DNA of 64,000 nt from NCBI GenBank assembly GCA_963842085.1, contig CAWJET010000001.1, positions 2,528,001 through 2,592,000 on the forward strand. Reading direction: 5' to 3'. A program made the translations under genes and the position numbers. The first letter of the stretch is position 1, and each line of letters opens with the position of its first letter. Below are positions 41,381 to 51,323 of the stretch, piece after piece. The notes beneath the pieces were generated by a model. That model worked only from the letters and a program-made list of their open reading frames with translations. It was not told the DNA's origin and searched no databases. Source of the DNA: an uncultured delta proteobacterium (lineage in GTDB: Bacteria; Desulfobacterota; Binatia; Binatales; Binataceae).

Positions 41381-42676
41381 TCAAGCGCCGTTCAGCAATC
41401 CCTCACAGCAGGCGATCACGGCCACAGCCGCACCCGGGGCGGCGAAGTTTCGCATGCGATTCGATGCGGCCATCCAGACCTCGCGGTCACGCAACACCGA
41501 CGTGATGTGCGCAGCGAGCTTTTCCGGCTCCCAGGCCTCTTCAGTCACCCAACGGGTTCCGGTCCGGGCGGAAAATGCGCGCGCGGTGTAAAGCTGGTGA
41601 TTGTGAGCCACGGAAGCCATCGGAACTATAAGTGCTGGAAGCCGAAGGACCGCAAGTTCGGCAAGCGTGTTCGCTCCCGCGCACGAGATCGCGAAGTCCG
41701 CCCATCGGTAGGCTTCAGCCATGTCCTCGATATAGCGCGCGGTGCGCGCCTTCACGCCGCAGGCAGCGTACTGGGCGACCACCCCCTCTGGCCCGTCAAG
41801 GCCGGCCCGATACCCGGTCTGATGCAGCACCTCCAGCGCCGGGACGCTTTGCTGAAGGAGTTCGAGCAGCCGAGGCACCCGCTCGTTGAGAAAAGCCGAG
41901 CCCAGCGAGCCGCCGGTGACCAGAATCCGCGCGGGACGACCGCCGCCCGGAGCGATGCGCACCTCGAGCGCCAGCTTTATGATCTCGCCGCGAATGGGCG
42001 TGCCGGTCACCACTGTGCGCTCAGGCGGAAACCACTTGCCTGCCTCCTCGAACGTGACGCAGATCCGGTGGACCAGCCGGCCGAGGACCCGGTTGGTGAG
42101 CCCCGGAACTGGATTGGACTCGTGAACCACCGTGCGCAGGCCCAGCGAGCGCGCTGCCAGCAGGGTACCCGCGCAGGCGTAACCGCCGAAGCCGATCGCA
42201 AGCTCGATCCGTTCGGCCCTCAAGATCGCCCGCGCGCGAACGAAGCCGGAGCCGAGATTCGCCAGAGCGCGCGCCTTTCCCGAGATTCGCTCACGCAGCA
42301 TCGGAGAGGCCGCGATCGGTGCGAACCGGTATCCGCTCCGGCTGGCGGCCTGCGACTCGAGACTGCATTCGCGTCCGAAGATCAGGATCTGCGCGCGATC
42401 GCTCGCCGCGGCGTAGTTCTCGGCGAGCGCAAGTCCCGGGTAGGTGTGGCCGGCAGTGCCACCGACCGTGATTGCGATACGCCGAGGGCGGGCGACTCCG
42501 GACGAAGCGTGGTTGCGGTCGGCTCCGTTCGACGCGTGGGACACGCCGTAGCGGTGCGGCGAGTTCTCTGCGAACGACACCGCGCCGGACTGCCGCGCAG
42601 TCAGGGCACCACGCTGATCCTGAACGGAAACGTTACTCACGAAAGAAGACCGCGCCACCACGCGATCCGCGCGCAC
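41381..42676 (-). CDS. MurG-like GT28 UDP-GlcNAc transferase outside a dcw cluster (start probably downstream of 42676)
   Basis: GGTAGH, GFGGY, HESN.VPG.TN, TGTPIR, TGGSLGS, AGANTLAE and HQ..A motifs. Confidence 0.88.
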   Translation of the reverse strand: MRADRVVARSSFVSNVSVQDQRGALTARQSGAVSFAENSPHRYGVSHASNGADRNHASSGVARPRRIAITVGGTAGHTYPGLALAENYAAASDRAQILIFGRECSLESQAASRSGYRFAPIAASPMLRERISGKARALANLGSGFVRARAILRAERIELAIGFGGYACAGTLLAARSLGLRTVVHESNPVPGLTNRVLGRLVHRICVTFEEAGKWFPPERTVVTGTPIRGEIIKLALEVRIAPGGGRPARILVTGGSLGSAFLNERVPRLLELLQQSVPALEVLHQTGYRAGLDGPEGVVAQYAACGVKARTARYIEDMAEAYRWADFAISCAGANTLAELAVLRLPALIVPMASVAHNHQLYTARAFSARTGTRWVTEEAWEPEKLAAHITSVLRDREVWMAASNRMRNFAAPGAAVAVIACCEGLLNGA

Positions 42677-42822
42677 TCATCGCCGCACCCCATCTCCAAA
42701 ATCTCTCCCCCTCGCCGCCCACAATCCAAATCGAATCAAGGTTTTCTTTAGCAATAGAAACATATTGGAGCAATGAAACGGATTAGTGTTTTTCCCCAGA
42801 AGTTTCGATAGTCGTTAGGTTT

Positions 42823-43749
42823 CTAGCGCAATCGGTGCGGGCTGTTCCCGGGACCATACAGATAGCCCATCAGCTCGCCGGCGGCATGGAAGTGCAGAAT
42901 CACGACGATTAGCGGAAAGCTCTTTAAGGCCTGCCACCGATAAGCCGGCTTGCGGACGACCATCCGTGCAGCGATCCGCAGGCTGTCTTTAGCGACTCGC
43001 AGAGGCATCAAGAGGGCGCGCAAAACGTGGTATATGCACTGTGCGCGACCTAACTTGGCTTGGGCAAAGCCGGCACTGGTGCGACCGTCGTGATAGTGGA
43101 TTAGACAATTACCTAGCGCACCAAGCGGCAGCACGTGGACGACCACGAGGCGATCGTCGCTAATCAGGATTCGGCCAGAACCACGCAGGTCCCTCGTGTA
43201 ATCGCTCTCTACGACACCGTGGGGAGGCAGATCCTCGGGCAACGCCCAGCGCTTATACGAAATGTTAGCCTGACCGGCGATGGTGGGGCGCTCTCCGTTT
43301 GGTATAGGGGGCAGAAAGGCACCGCCGGAGATGAAGAAACTCGCTCGATCCCACAGACTGTCGACGGCGCCATTGTCAACCACGCCACCTATCACGGCCG
43401 CCTGAGGATTCTCCCGATGCGCGCGCAGCACCTGCTCGCACCAATCTGGCGCCACCCGGCAATGGTCTTCAGTGACGGCAACAACCTCGCCGCGGGCTTC
43501 GGCGAGACCGATAGCGCGTAATTGAAACACGGTGTCGCCGGGCCGGCGCAGCCATCGAACGCCTGCGTAACCGTGATTCTCGCACAAGCCCTGGCCGTGT
43601 CCATCGACCACGACTAGCTCCGCTCCCAGAGCCCGCGTCTGGGCATATACCGAATCCAAGACACCGCGCATCTCCAGCCATGGCTGGCTGGTGGCTATGA
43701 CTACAGACAGAGGAGGAACACACTCGGCGAGCGACCTATCATCCTGCAA
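42823..43749 (-). CDS. GT2/GT-A fold glycosyltransferase
   Basis: PLSVVIAT, ELVVVD, LRAIGL..ARGEVVAVTEDH, VIGG.V, ANISYKR. Confidence 0.8.
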   Translation of the reverse strand: MQDDRSLAECVPPLSVVIATSQPWLEMRGVLDSVYAQTRALGAELVVVDGHGQGLCENHGYAGVRWLRRPGDTVFQLRAIGLAEARGEVVAVTEDHCRVAPDWCEQVLRAHRENPQAAVIGGVVDNGAVDSLWDRASFFISGGAFLPPIPNGERPTIAGQANISYKRWALPEDLPPHGVVESDYTRDLRGSGRILISDDRLVVVHVLPLGALGNCLIHYHDGRTSAGFAQAKLGRAQCIYHVLRALLMPLRVAKDSLRIAARMVVRKPAYRWQALKSFPLIVVILHFHAAGELMGYLYGPGNSPHRLR

Positions 43750-44017
43750 AGACCGCTCCTCTCACGGTTCGATTATTTGTCGGGGCTTCCGTTTGAATCT
43801 CCGATTCCAACTGGCCGTATAGACCGAACGGCCTTCCTCTGCAAGGCGTGCAGCCGGGTTTTAGTCCACTCTGTTTCCAGCGGCACCGCATAGGGCCGGT
43901 TTCGCGGCAGGCGTGCAAACAACGCGCGGTTGACACAACCGCCTGCGGACTCTATCAACGTACAGTCAGCGAAACAGGCGTAGTTTTTTTCCCGCCTGAA
44001 GTCGCCGCCCCATCCGT

Positions 44018-45256
44018 ATGCGAGTAGTGATTGTCGTCCTCGGGGATTTCGGCCAAAGTCCCCGCATGCAGTATCACGCTCTGGCGTTAGCCGATTCGGG
44101 CAGAGATGTAGAGGTTATTGCATATACCGGCTCTGCGCCGTTTCGGGCGGTCAGTGAAAATCCGCGGATCACGATTCATCTGACGTACGCTCCGATCGCT
44201 GCCACGCGCCATTTGCCGGGGTTACTGTTCGTGGCCTGGCAATTCATGCGGCTCTGCGGTCAGGGTCTGGGCCTGCTGTGGAACCTTCTGCTGACCGTCG
44301 GCAAGCCTGACGTAGTACTGGTGCAGAATCCCCCAGCCGTCCCAACCTTGCTGATCGCGCTGGTCGCCGCGCGCCTTCGATCGGCGCGGCTCGTAATCGA
44401 CTGGCATAACTTCAGCCATGCGATGCTCGCGCTCAGGCTGGGATCGGATCACTATGCGGTGCGAATGTTGCGATGGCACGAGCGCGCGGTCGGGCGCCGC
44501 GCCGACGCGCATCTGTGCGTCTCGCGCGCGATGCAGTCCGAGCTTCGCGCGCACTGGCAGATTCCCGGCGCTGTCGTCCTGTACGATCGTCCCGCTGAAA
44601 TGTTCACGCCGACGCCGCCGGAGGCGCAGCCCGCGGTGCTCCGCCGCGTCCTGGCGGGCGTCGCTTCCGCCCAGGACGACGGCCGGCGGCCCGCGATTGT
44701 CGTATGCCCTACGAGCTGGACTTCGGATGAAGACATTTCGATTCTGATTCGGGCCGCGGCGCGCTGCGATGAAATGGTCCGAACCGGCAAGAGCTTCGCT
44801 GAACTGCTGATTCTTATCACCGGCCGTGGCGCGCTGCGCGATCAACACGAGGAGGAGATCCGGAAGTTGACGCTGCGAAGAATCCATCTGCACACGCTGT
44901 GGCTTGCGGCCGAAGATTACGCGCTATTGCTGGGCTGCGCCGACCTCGGCGTCTCGTGTCACAGGTCGGCCTCGGGAATCGACCTGCCGATGAAGATCGC
45001 GGATCTGTTCGGCGCGGGAGTGCCGGTCTGCGCGCTGGACTACGGTCCCGTTCTCGCCGAACAGGTGCGCCACGGCGCCAATGGCCTCCTGTTCGCCGAC
45101 GCCGAACAGCTAGCCACGCAGCTCTACGAATTGTTCGAGGGCTTTCCCGTCCATACGCCGCTGCTGGATCGCCTGCGTGACCAGGTCCGCGGCCAGCCCC
45201 GGATTTCCTGGCGCGACGGATGGAATACCGAGGCAGCTCATGTCTTTGCGGATTGA
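44018..45256 (+). CDS. ALG1-like chitobiosyl-PP-lipid beta-1,4-mannosyltransferase (GT33)
   Basis: VLGDFGQSPRMQYHA, QNPPAVP, IDWHN, LYDRP, TSWTSDED, ITGRG and WLAAEDYALLLGCADLGVSCH.SASGIDLPMKIADLFG match the eukaryotic ALG1 signature blocks. Confidence 0.93.
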   Translation: MRVVIVVLGDFGQSPRMQYHALALADSGRDVEVIAYTGSAPFRAVSENPRITIHLTYAPIAATRHLPGLLFVAWQFMRLCGQGLGLLWNLLLTVGKPDVVLVQNPPAVPTLLIALVAARLRSARLVIDWHNFSHAMLALRLGSDHYAVRMLRWHERAVGRRADAHLCVSRAMQSELRAHWQIPGAVVLYDRPAEMFTPTPPEAQPAVLRRVLAGVASAQDDGRRPAIVVCPTSWTSDEDISILIRAAARCDEMVRTGKSFAELLILITGRGALRDQHEEEIRKLTLRRIHLHTLWLAAEDYALLLGCADLGVSCHRSASGIDLPMKIADLFGAGVPVCALDYGPVLAEQVRHGANGLLFADAEQLATQLYELFEGFPVHTPLLDRLRDQVRGQPRISWRDGWNTEAAHVFAD

Positions 45257-45274
45257 CCGTCGCGACGGACCGTC

Positions 45275-46489
45275 ATGAGACAATCGCTGCGGATCGGTTT
45301 CGTCCATCCCCAGCTAGGCGTCGGAGGTGCCGAACGCCTGGTGCTCGACGCCGCAAGCTGTCTTCAGCAGGCTGGCCATCGCGTTACGATTTTCACCTCG
45401 CGTCACAATCGCGACCATAGTCTTGACGACGCGCGTCACGGCGCGGTCGAGGTCCGCACTTACGGGGACTTCCTGCCGCTTGACATCGCCGACCGCATGC
45501 TGGCGCCATTTAATGTTGGCCGGACCTGCTACGCCGCTTTCCGCCTGGCGATGAGCCGCGAGCACTTCGACGTGATCTTCACCGACCTGGTGTCACAATC
45601 GATTCCGATACTGCGGCTGATGACGCGGGCCAAAATCATCTTCTACTGTCATTTCCCCGACCGGTTGCTCGCTCCGCAACGCGGCGGTCTCTACCGCTGG
45701 TACCGCATCCCCATCGACTGGTCGGAACGAGTCGCCATCGGCATGGCGCATCTAGTGATCGCCAACAGCAGATTCACGGCCTCGATAATCGGTCGCACTT
45801 TCCCGCGGCTCGGCCCGCCACAGCTGCTCTATCCCGGGGTTGACGTCGCGAGCTTCGCGAGCAACGGCCGAATCGCTCACGACGACTCGATCATGCTGCT
45901 TGCGATCAACCGCTACGATCGCCGCAAGAACACCGGCCTCGCGATCGAGGCGCTGGCCGGGCTCGAGGCGCGGCTGCCGACCGAAATCTTCCGCCGCGTG
46001 CAACTGGTGATTGCCGGCGGCTTCGACGACCGCAGCCGCCAGAACCACGAAGTCCTGCGCGAGCTGCAAGTGCTGGCAAACCGGCCTGCTCTGACCGGCA
46101 AAGTGGTCTTTCTGCGCTCGCCCGACGACCGGCAGATTCAAGAGCTTCTTTCGCGCTGTCGATGCGTGGTTTATACCTCGGAGTATGAGCATTTCGGCTA
46201 CGTACCGTTGGAGGCTATGGCCGCCGCGCGGCCGGTGATATCGGTGAACACCGGCGGTCCGGCGGAGACGATTGTGGATGGCACCACCGGCCTGCTCTGC
46301 TCGGCCAGGCCGGCGGCTTTTGCCGACGCTCTCGCCGGCTTGGTGGCGGACCCCGACGGTGGCGATCGACTGGGCCGGGCCGGCCGGGCGCACGTGGCCG
46401 CAAAATTCTCGAAAGCGGTCTTCGGCGCGCAACTCGAACAGATCGTCGAGGAAGCGGTTGGCAACTCCCGTAATTCAGGACTTGAATAG
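45275..46489 (+). CDS. ALG2-like alpha-1,3/1,6-mannosyltransferase (GT4)
   Basis: FVHPQLGVGGAERLVLDAA, GDFLP, FYCHFPD.LL, YRIPIDW.E, NSRFT, INRYDRRKN, AGGFD.R and EHFGYVPLEAM match the ALG2 signature blocks. Confidence 0.92.
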   Translation: MRQSLRIGFVHPQLGVGGAERLVLDAASCLQQAGHRVTIFTSRHNRDHSLDDARHGAVEVRTYGDFLPLDIADRMLAPFNVGRTCYAAFRLAMSREHFDVIFTDLVSQSIPILRLMTRAKIIFYCHFPDRLLAPQRGGLYRWYRIPIDWSERVAIGMAHLVIANSRFTASIIGRTFPRLGPPQLLYPGVDVASFASNGRIAHDDSIMLLAINRYDRRKNTGLAIEALAGLEARLPTEIFRRVQLVIAGGFDDRSRQNHEVLRELQVLANRPALTGKVVFLRSPDDRQIQELLSRCRCVVYTSEYEHFGYVPLEAMAAARPVISVNTGGPAETIVDGTTGLLCSARPAAFADALAGLVADPDGGDRLGRAGRAHVAAKFSKAVFGAQLEQIVEEAVGNSRNSGLE

Positions 46490-48335
46490 CCGCGCATCAC
46501 ACGGTCGGAGCTCCCGCTTCCCAGCCATCCGAGTTTTGGCCAGCTGCTTCGCGATGCTTCCCGGCGCAATCCGATGGCGCTGGGCGATACTCGCGCCGAT
46601 TGCATTCCTGCGCGGCACGCTCGAGGCCATAGCGGCCGGGGCGGTGTTCGCGCTGATCAAGATCATCAGCGATCCGCCCGCGATCGCTCACCTGCCAGTC
46701 GTCTCAAGGGTCGCATCGATGCTGCCCTGGCGCGGCGCCCCGGCCCAGATCGTCGCGCTGACCGGACTGGTCGCGCTTTTTTACCTGTTCAAGAACCTGT
46801 TTGCCCTCGGCATGGAATACTTCACCCACAAGGTCGTGGGTGAATCGGTGTTGGCGCTCAAAAGTACGATGATGAGGGGCTATCTCGCGATGCCCTACCC
46901 GTTTTATCTGCGCCGCAACTCCGCGGATCTGATCTGGAACGTCGACGCCGCGGTGAACCGGGTCTGCGAAGAAGGAATGTTGCCGGCGGTCGCCGTGGTG
47001 TCGGAAGTTCTGGCCGCTGCGAGCATCGCCGCGGTGCTGGTGTACACCGCGCCAAAGATTACCCTGATCGCCGGATGCCTGCTGGGCGGCGGACTCGCCT
47101 TGCTGCTGCGACTCACGCGCGCGATGGCGCATCGCTATGGATCCGAGAGGGACCGGCTGTCACGCGGCATTCTGCGCGATCTCCAGCAAGCCTTCGGCGG
47201 AGTCAAGGAGATCAAGGTGCTCGGCCGCGAACAGTTTTTTGTCGGGGCGCTCGAGCAGAAACTGCGCGGCATCCTCAAACTCGGATACCTCGCCAAAACC
47301 CTCGAGACCAGCGCGCCGTTGTTCACTGAGACCCTGTTCGTGGGCGGGGCGCTGGTCGTGATCGCGCTGCTGAGCGCAAGGGGCGCGGTCCGCAGCGAAG
47401 GGCTGCCGCTGCTGGCGCTGTTCTCCTATGCCGCGTTCCGGATCGTTCCGTCCGTCAACCGGATCGGGTGGCGGATCAATCAGATCCGCGGCGTGGCGGT
47501 ATCGGCCAGCAATCTCTACGACGACTATCTGCTCATAGCCGGTGTCGAGCGCGGCAACGCCGACGTTGATGACGGTCATGCAGTGATGCTCCACAGCGCA
47601 ATCGAATTCGAGCGCGTTTCGTTTACGTACCCGGAGGCCGGGCAATCGGCGCTGCATGAGATCTCGCTTACGATTCGCCGCGGCGAATCAATCGGCGTCG
47701 TGGGACCTACTGGCGCGGGCAAGAGCACGTTCGCCGACCTCCTGGTGGGATTGCTCACTCCCTCCTCGGGCCTCGTTCTGATCGACGGCCGAGACCTGTC
47801 TGATCGGCGGTTGGCCTGGAAGCATCGGATCGGCTACGTGCCGCAATCAATCTTTCTCCTCGACGACAGCCTGACCCGCAACATTGCGTTTGGCTTTGCC
47901 GACGCCGAGATCAAGCTTGACCGCGTGCGCGCCGTGGTCCGAATGGTGCAACTCGATCAGTTGGTCGCCACGCTGCCGGCGGGCCTCGACACCGTGGTCG
48001 GTGAGCGCGGCGTTCGCTTCTCCGGCGGCGAACGGCAACGCGTCGGGATCGCCCGCGCGCTCTATCACGATCCCGACCTGCTGGTATTCGATGAGGCCAC
48101 CTCCGCCCTCGACCAGGCCACCGAGGCCGACGTGACGAACGCGATTGAGACGCTGCAAGGCCGCAAGACAATGCTGGTCATCGCCCATCGCCTGGCTACG
48201 GTAAAGCATTGCGATCGGCTGGTCTTCATCGCCGACGGACGGATCCGCGCGTGCGGCAGCTACGATGAATTGATGCGCGACGTCGACGAATTCCGCCGAA
48301 TGGCGGCGGCAGGCGAAACGCGCTCGGCAGGCTGA
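46482..48335 (+). CDS. ABC exporter (TMD+NBD), PglK-like lipid-linked oligosaccharide flippase
   Basis: TM domain with YLAMPYPFYLRRNS, GGVKEIK and AAFRIVPS.NRI; GPTGAGKS Walker A; FSGGERQR signature; LVFDEATSALD; TTG start overlapping the ALG2 stop (alternative ATG at 46554). Confidence 0.88.
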   Translation: MNSRASHGRSSRFPAIRVLASCFAMLPGAIRWRWAILAPIAFLRGTLEAIAAGAVFALIKIISDPPAIAHLPVVSRVASMLPWRGAPAQIVALTGLVALFYLFKNLFALGMEYFTHKVVGESVLALKSTMMRGYLAMPYPFYLRRNSADLIWNVDAAVNRVCEEGMLPAVAVVSEVLAAASIAAVLVYTAPKITLIAGCLLGGGLALLLRLTRAMAHRYGSERDRLSRGILRDLQQAFGGVKEIKVLGREQFFVGALEQKLRGILKLGYLAKTLETSAPLFTETLFVGGALVVIALLSARGAVRSEGLPLLALFSYAAFRIVPSVNRIGWRINQIRGVAVSASNLYDDYLLIAGVERGNADVDDGHAVMLHSAIEFERVSFTYPEAGQSALHEISLTIRRGESIGVVGPTGAGKSTFADLLVGLLTPSSGLVLIDGRDLSDRRLAWKHRIGYVPQSIFLLDDSLTRNIAFGFADAEIKLDRVRAVVRMVQLDQLVATLPAGLDTVVGERGVRFSGGERQRVGIARALYHDPDLLVFDEATSALDQATEADVTNAIETLQGRKTMLVIAHRLATVKHCDRLVFIADGRIRACGSYDELMRDVDEFRRMAAAGETRSAG

Positions 48336-48347
48336 GCAAGCGAAGCG

Positions 48348-49192
48348 ATGGATTTTGGATCTTCGTTAAGTTGGCGCCGTTACTCGCGCGGACTCGGTTC
48401 GAACGCGAAGACCTGGCCCGCTGGCCCGACGCATTCGCTGAGCGCCAGCGTTGTCCCAGCCGAGGTTGGCTCCCACGTCGATACATACGCCGCCACTGAG
48501 ATCCAACAAGCGGAACAGCGCGAGCAACTCGGGCTCCCAGGTTCGGATCAGGAATAGGGTGCTACCGATCGCGACGTCGCGCAAGTCAATCCGGAGGCGA
48601 AAATGATCGGCGGCGATAACCGCCCGCGGGTAAATACGCCGGCGGAAAGGGGTGATCCAATGTCGCCGAGCGATCGGCGCTGGGAGAGCGAAAAGAGACC
48701 ACCTGGCTGTGGCTTAATTCACACAACTGGGGAGACAACCGGATCGTGTCGGAACGCAAAGCTGGCGAACAATATGAGTCAGTAGCAGTCAAAGTGGGCG
48801 ACGAGATCCTGTCGGCGCTGCCGGCCGGCGCGATCAAGCTGGTGAAGGTCGACGCGCAGGGCTACGACCTGTTCGTGGTGAAAGGTTTACGCGACTCGCT
48901 GATGCGCAGTCCCGACGCGGTCCTGGCCGTGGAAGTCGCGCCAGGGCACTTACGTGAAGCGGGCACCTGCCCGGGCGCGTTCGTCGCATACCTGGTCGAG
49001 CAGGGTTTCCGCGGCTGGGAGCTACACCCTCATCGCGCATTTCCGGTCCTTGCACCCCAAGACTACGAACTCAGCGACGACGGCGGGGAAACGAACCTGG
49101 TGTTGTCTCGCCGGCCAGAAGCGCTCGCCCGCGCGATTGGCAGGATGTTTCCCGGCTTGACCGGATCTTCAGCTCCGCGCATCGAGCGCTAG
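48348..49192 (+). pseudogene. FkbM-family methyltransferase broken by an internal inversion (48374-48680) and indels
   Basis: The minus strand carries WEPE...CIDVGANLG...VGPAGQVFAFEP; the plus strand carries ALG...NWGDNRI...KLVKVDAQGYD..VVKG. Confidence 0.78.
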
Positions 49193-50118
49193 CCCCGCTC
49201 TGCGGCCTTCGGCGCAATGCGGTTTGGCTCCGGCCTTGACAGTCGCTGCCTGGCCAGGCCGAGGTACAGTTTCGCCAACAGCCGCATTCGCTGCGCGAAG
49301 GGAACAATCGGGACATCGCCCAGGATCTCATCCCGCAAGTCCCACCAATCCGCCCAAAGATCATGGAATATGGGATGGGCCGTCGGGAGCAAACGGTAAG
49401 CGTCCTCGGGCCGCCAAAACCAGGGCTTACCCAGGTGGCTGAAGTGAACCAGCATCGCCATCCGCCGAGCGCGCTCGGCATCTCCGAAGTAAAACGGACC
49501 GGTGGCGGAGCACCACTCCGAATTCAAACAGCCATACTCGTCGGCGAGGAAATGAATCTCATCGTCGAACTCCAGATTGATGATATTCATGTCATACAGG
49601 CGCTTCTCAAAGGCGGAAGCGAAGTGCCGTTGAACCCGATCCCAATTGCCCATTGATGGGGTTACGACCAGCAACAGGCTGGTCGCCTTAAACTGTCGCG
49701 TCCAGTAGGCGCGCGGAGCCGCGATGGTCTGCGCAAAAGGCAAGGTGAAAAGATGGTCGAGATTCTGGAGCGGAAGTGAGTCCGAGTCGATGAAGACCAC
49801 CCGCTCGTACTCCACGAGCTGAAAAATCCGCAGCTTGGTAAGACAATCGCGGTAGTACTTGCCGCGGGTGAACCGCAGCGGTTCCACCTCTCTTAGAATG
49901 AAGTTCGCGTGGCGGGCCCTGGTTACCATGGCCGGCGACACGCCGTGGTAGATGAAGACGAACCCGATATCGCGGCCGGCGCCAGTTCTGCGCAGCGCCG
50001 TCGCGGCAATGATCGCGCCTGCGGCGTACGCGTCGTCGGTCGCATAAAAGACGTATGCAAACCGGTTCACGGCCGCTCGTGATCCGCCTAATTCCTCACT
50101 CGTGCTCAAGGTCTGCAC
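49189..50118 (-). CDS. GT8 glycosyltransferase, fungal GNT1/glycogenin-like
   Basis: FAYVFYATDDAY, TKLRIFQLVEYERVVFIDSD (DxD), NLDHLF, AAPRAYW, YDMNIIN, VHFS..GKPW. Confidence 0.85.
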   Translation of the reverse strand: MQTLSTSEELGGSRAAVNRFAYVFYATDDAYAAGAIIAATALRRTGAGRDIGFVFIYHGVSPAMVTRARHANFILREVEPLRFTRGKYYRDCLTKLRIFQLVEYERVVFIDSDSLPLQNLDHLFTLPFAQTIAAPRAYWTRQFKATSLLLVVTPSMGNWDRVQRHFASAFEKRLYDMNIINLEFDDEIHFLADEYGCLNSEWCSATGPFYFGDAERARRMAMLVHFSHLGKPWFWRPEDAYRLLPTAHPIFHDLWADWWDLRDEILGDVPIVPFAQRMRLLAKLYLGLARQRLSRPEPNRIAPKAAERG

Positions 50119-51323
50119 TCTGGCGGCTCTTCTCCGCTCTTCGGCGACGACGCCAATCTGATCGCGGGCGCGTTCCGAACCGGCGACACCTGGAGGTAAT
50201 CACACACTGCCTGGAGACGACTCACGAAGCGCTCCGAAGTGAACAAGTTGCGGCGCGACGCGATATGATTGCGCAGGCTCGCCTGACAGTCCGGGTCGCG
50301 CAGCGCGCGCAGAATTTTGTGCACCGCGTCCTCGCGCGAGTAGTAGATCAGACGTTCGTCGTCGCCGACGATCTCGACCTGCCCGCCGCTGTTCGGAACG
50401 AAGGTGATACATCCAGCGCTGACGAGTTCGGCGACCGCCATCCCGAAGGGCTCTTCGTCCATCGCGTGGATGCCGTAGCGATGACTCGCAATCAACTCGA
50501 CGAGCTCCGGTCGCGATATGTTTTCGTGCAGATGGACCCAGGGCGCGTTGGCCTGAACCAGGCGCCGGATCGAGTCAAGGTAGACGGGGTCCCATCGATT
50601 GCCGACCACATGGAGATGCACCTGGGGACCGGCCAGCCGCACCGCGGAGAGAATCTCGATCATCAGTTCGATCCGTTTCTCACCGGAGATCCGCCCGATG
50701 CATACGAAGCCTTCCTTGCGCCGATCCCACGGCACTTCGGGAAACTTGCCAGTGGCAGGAGGATAAATCACCACCGGCTCGATCCCGAATACCCCGCGGA
50801 TAGCGCGGGCCGTGAACTCCGAGTTGGCCAGTGTAAGATTGCTCTTCATCCTGTCGATCGAAAACCCGGTCAGGCGCTCAGCGATCGCTTCATAAGCGCG
50901 CACGGCGGCTGAAGAGTGATACCAGCTCAGCGATACGGGATCTTTCGACAACGCTTCCGGGAAGTGGATGTACTGAATTCCGCGCGGCCCCAGATCAGCC
51001 TCGTTAGCGGCTGTAATCACCGCGTCGAAGCGCCCGGCGCAGCGCCGTGCCTCCATAAATACATAGAGATCTCGGAGCCCGACAGCCGGCGTTGGGAGCA
51101 TCTTCGCCAGCCGATCCACCCATGGCTTTACAGTAGTGGCTTCGATTTCCGAGGGTTGAAGCTCGGTCCCGAAAGACCAGTTCAGGGCCGCGAAATCCAC
51201 CGGTTCCCAGGTGAGCAGGTTGAGCCGATAGTCACGCTTGAGAGCCTCGAGGATCCAGGCGGCGAGACCGTCGGCACCGCTTACCGATCCAATTCTGCGC
51301 TGTGCGAACAGGATACGCTTCAT
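50106..51323 (-). CDS. ALG11-like GT4 glycosyltransferase (copy 1)
   Basis: SGADGLAAW, QYIHFP, LANSEFT, VIYPP, GRISGEK, GIHAMDEEPFGMAVAELVSAG, PNSGG. Confidence 0.75.
   Translation of the reverse strand: MKRILFAQRRIGSVSGADGLAAWILEALKRDYRLNLLTWEPVDFAALNWSFGTELQPSEIEATTVKPWVDRLAKMLPTPAVGLRDLYVFMEARRCAGRFDAVITAANEADLGPRGIQYIHFPEALSKDPVSLSWYHSSAAVRAYEAIAERLTGFSIDRMKSNLTLANSEFTARAIRGVFGIEPVVIYPPATGKFPEVPWDRRKEGFVCIGRISGEKRIELMIEILSAVRLAGPQVHLHVVGNRWDPVYLDSIRRLVQANAPWVHLHENISRPELVELIASHRYGIHAMDEEPFGMAVAELVSAGCITFVPNSGGQVEIVGDDERLIYYSREDAVHKILRALRDPDCQASLRNHIASRRNLFTSERFVSRLQAVCDYLQVSPVRNAPAIRLASSPKSGEEPPECRP

Noticed and set aside
41282-42751. 489-aa plus-strand ORF
   Set aside because: Antisense shadow of the MurG-like gene; Arg-rich with no motifs.
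44018-46489. Eukaryotic contamination as the source of ALG1/ALG2
   Set aside because: The genes have no introns, show tight operon spacing with an overlapping bacterial ABC gene, and have GC-rich composition like the flanks. Read-level confirmation is still needed.
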